In this document: in pieces, positions 62,196 through 64,000 of the stretch
How the letters are laid out: each line of letters begins with the position of its first letter
Numbering within the stretch: position 1 is the stretch's first letter
NCBI GenBank assembly: GCA_934454525.1
Contig: CAKSFM010000002.1
Coordinates: 73,792 to 137,791 of the forward strand
DNA: 64,000 bases
DNA from: an uncultured Clostridia bacterium
GTDB taxonomy: Bacteria > Bacillota > Clostridia > UMGS1883
Direction: 5' to 3'
Notes under the pieces: model-generated
Databases searched by the model: none
What the model was told of the DNA's origin: nothing
Seen by the model: only the letters and a program-made list of their open reading frames with translations
Program-made: the position numbers and the translations under genes

Positions 62196-63188
62196 TCAGT
62201 ATCTGTTTTTTCTGCCCGATTTGTTGATTTTCGCAATTTCTTTAAATTTTGCCCTCTTGGCTTCAAGGTATCGGCTGCTGTCCGCCGCATAGTCATTTTC
62301 GGTTTTCAGTTTCCGATAGGATTCAAGACGGGTTTCATCAAGTGTTCCGTCTGCAATTGCCTGCAAGACAGCACATCCGGGTTCTGCGGTGTGGGTGCAA
62401 TCGGCATATTTACACGCATGCGATAATTCTTCTATGTCCGCAAAAGTCATATCGATTCCGTCACCGCTGTCCCACATACCAAGCTCGCGCATACCGGGTG
62501 TATCAATGACAAAGGTGCCGTTTTGAAGTGTTATCAGCTCCCGGTGAGTCGTTGTGTGCCGCCCCTTATCATCATTTCCGATTTCGTATGTAGCGATTTT
62601 GTCTGCGCCAATCAGCTTGTTGATAAGCGTTGACTTTCCAACGCCGGATGAACCGATGAACGCCACGGTTTCGCCCGGCAGAATATACTTCATGACCGCT
62701 TTGCAGTCACCGTCAAGCGAGGAGATTGCCAAAACATCCACACCCGGCGCGGCATTTTGCACTTGGGTAATTTTATTTTCTACATTGGAACAAAGATCCG
62801 ATTTCGTCAAAACCACTACGGGTGCTGCACCGCCGTCATATGTGACAGACAGATACCGTTCCAACCGCCGTATATTAAAGTTGTTGTTAAGTGACATACA
62901 GATAAAAGCAGTATCAATATTGGCAGCGACAACCTGCTCCCGGTTTCCCGTACCTGCCGCTTTTCGGATAAAGCAGCTCTTTCGCGGAAACAATCCTGTA
63001 ATTAAAGCATTACTGTCATCCTCCGGCCACTCGGAAATGACATAATCGCCGACCGCGGGATAGTCGGATACCGTCTGCACATCATATCTGTATCTGCCGG
63101 ATACAGTTGCCGCCTTCACCTCTGTGCCGCTGCTGATTTTATATATTCCTTTTTCCTGCGAGATGACTCTCGCCCGCAATTCGTTCAT
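62196..63188 (-). CDS. rsgA: Ribosome small-subunit-dependent GTPase A (RsgA/YjeQ)
   Basis: Circularly permuted GTPase: LTKSDL (G4) precedes GSSGVGKSTLIN (G1). C-terminal Zn-finger C.YADCTHTAEPGC. 330 aa. Confidence 0.9.
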   Translation of the reverse strand: MNELRARVISQEKGIYKISSGTEVKAATVSGRYRYDVQTVSDYPAVGDYVISEWPEDDSNALITGLFPRKSCFIRKAAGTGNREQVVAANIDTAFICMSLNNNFNIRRLERYLSVTYDGGAAPVVVLTKSDLCSNVENKITQVQNAAPGVDVLAISSLDGDCKAVMKYILPGETVAFIGSSGVGKSTLINKLIGADKIATYEIGNDDKGRHTTTHRELITLQNGTFVIDTPGMRELGMWDSGDGIDMTFADIEELSHACKYADCTHTAEPGCAVLQAIADGTLDETRLESYRKLKTENDYAADSSRYLEAKRAKFKEIAKINKSGRKNRY

Positions 63189-63227
63189 TATAATCTCCTG
63201 TCTCGTCAGTTCAATAAACTTGAATTT

Positions 63228-63860
63228 TTATGTTTTCTTAATCGGATGCCGAATAACGGTTTTCCATTTTTCCGGAGCAACCTTTCTTGCATCAGACAGA
63301 TATATTTCGTGATGTAATCTTTCCATACTTATATCATTAACATATCCATTCTGCTCCAAATACGCATCCATAAGTGCAACAGTTGCAGGTTCATCATCAA
63401 ATGCCCCCAGATGCATGACCTGAACACACAAGCCTTCATCAATCGACATAAACTCTGCCTGTGAGCAATTCAGCTTTTTCTTTTTCGTTGCAGTTTTAAC
63501 CGCCCATTCAAAATCCTCTTTTGTTATGAAACCAGGCAGGCGGATAACTGAAATCCAGTTAAATGCGGACTTGTCAGTATAATCCACACCATCTGTATTT
63601 TCCTGCCACCAGAAGCCTTCAAGCGGCGGAACTACATATTCAAAAAATCCTTTAATTTTGTAATCCGTTTTGTAACTCATTTTCAGAGTATATGCAACAG
63701 CATATAACACACTTATTGCTTGCTGATACGCCCCGTCTTCTTCGTTTGGATCTCCCTTTCCTCTGACGGCAATATAATTTGCTTTAGGCATAATTACAAT
63801 CTCCGGTTTGTTTTTAGGCATATAAAATTCTTTATATTCTTTCTTAAAATCAAAAGCCAT
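63228..63860 (-). CDS. GyrI-like small-molecule-binding domain protein
   Basis: 210 aa. The N-terminus FDFKKEYKEFYMPKNKPEIV..P...YIAVRG.GDPN and the C-terminus HHEIYLSD.RK are typical of this uncharacterised GyrI-like family, from memory. Confidence 0.6.
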   Translation of the reverse strand: MAFDFKKEYKEFYMPKNKPEIVIMPKANYIAVRGKGDPNEEDGAYQQAISVLYAVAYTLKMSYKTDYKIKGFFEYVVPPLEGFWWQENTDGVDYTDKSAFNWISVIRLPGFITKEDFEWAVKTATKKKKLNCSQAEFMSIDEGLCVQVMHLGAFDDEPATVALMDAYLEQNGYVNDISMERLHHEIYLSDARKVAPEKWKTVIRHPIKKT

Positions 63861-63875
63861 AGCTATCCTTGCTCC

Positions 63876-64000
63876 CTATCTCTTATCAATGATTTTATCA
63901 ATCAGTCCAAAGTCGAGTGCTTCCGGGAAAAGCATCTGTGCAATAACAGAGCTTGCAGACGCGTCAGTCACTTCTTCACCGAGAAAAATAATCCGATCTG
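63876..64000 (-). pseudogene. clpP-like remnant with an apparent in-frame internal deletion (5' end beyond window)
   Basis: The minus-strand frame reads DRIIFLGEEVTDASASSVIAQMLF|PEALDFGLIDKIIDKR*. The first part matches the ClpP N-terminal region (DRIIxLGxxIxDxxAxxxxAQLLFL) and the second the extreme C-terminus (AEEALEYGLIDKI). The roughly 130 residues carrying the Ser-His-Asp triad are absent. Confidence 0.5.

Noticed and set aside
62084-62296. 70-aa minus-strand ORF overlapping the rsgA 3' end
   Set aside because: It is Arg-rich low-complexity, out of frame with rsgA and without an RBS. It is most likely spurious.

Overview
This 64-kb chromosomal window reads like a spore-forming Clostridia genome. 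That placement is an inference from the SCIFF maturase, a gerA/B/C-type germinant-receptor operon and the gene order; no database search was possible. Most of the window is core housekeeping. It holds rpoB-rpoC and rpsL-rpsG-fusA-tuf, secA-prfB, polA-coaE, murA and rlmH. It also holds a Wzz/BY-kinase/PHP-phosphatase module, an FHA-FtsW-PBP2 module, an ECF sigma/anti-sigma pair, tandem AI-2E transporter paralogs and a five-tRNA cluster (Gly-Arg-His-Gln-Lys). Two visibly AT-rich accessory islets interrupt the core. The first (about 18.7-21.3 kb) carries an XRE regulator divergent from a consensus promoter that drives a secreted GLUG-repeat protein, an unlisted 48-aa ORF and a Cu-amine-oxidase-N-domain protein. 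The second (about 51.7-54.6 kb) carries a 200-aa serine recombinase next to two hix-like 24-bp sites in inverted orientation. These sites bracket a 134-bp segment with a sigma-70-type promoter, directly upstream of an SPFH (COG4260-like) gene and a Zn-ribbon/LRR/Cys-rich-tail gene. I consider this candidate DNA-inversion (phase-variation) switch and its two-gene cargo the most interesting system in the window. Other observations are a hairpin-repeat family shared by two convergent intergenic regions, a 275-bp nested inverted-repeat element and mosaic identity between the AI-2E paralogs. There is also a very long Gly/Tyr tail on the BY-kinase, a long acidic tail on RpoB, an internally deleted clpP-like remnant at the right edge and a small 2-TM ORF after gerC. 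All family assignments come from motif recognition by eye and memory, not from searches.
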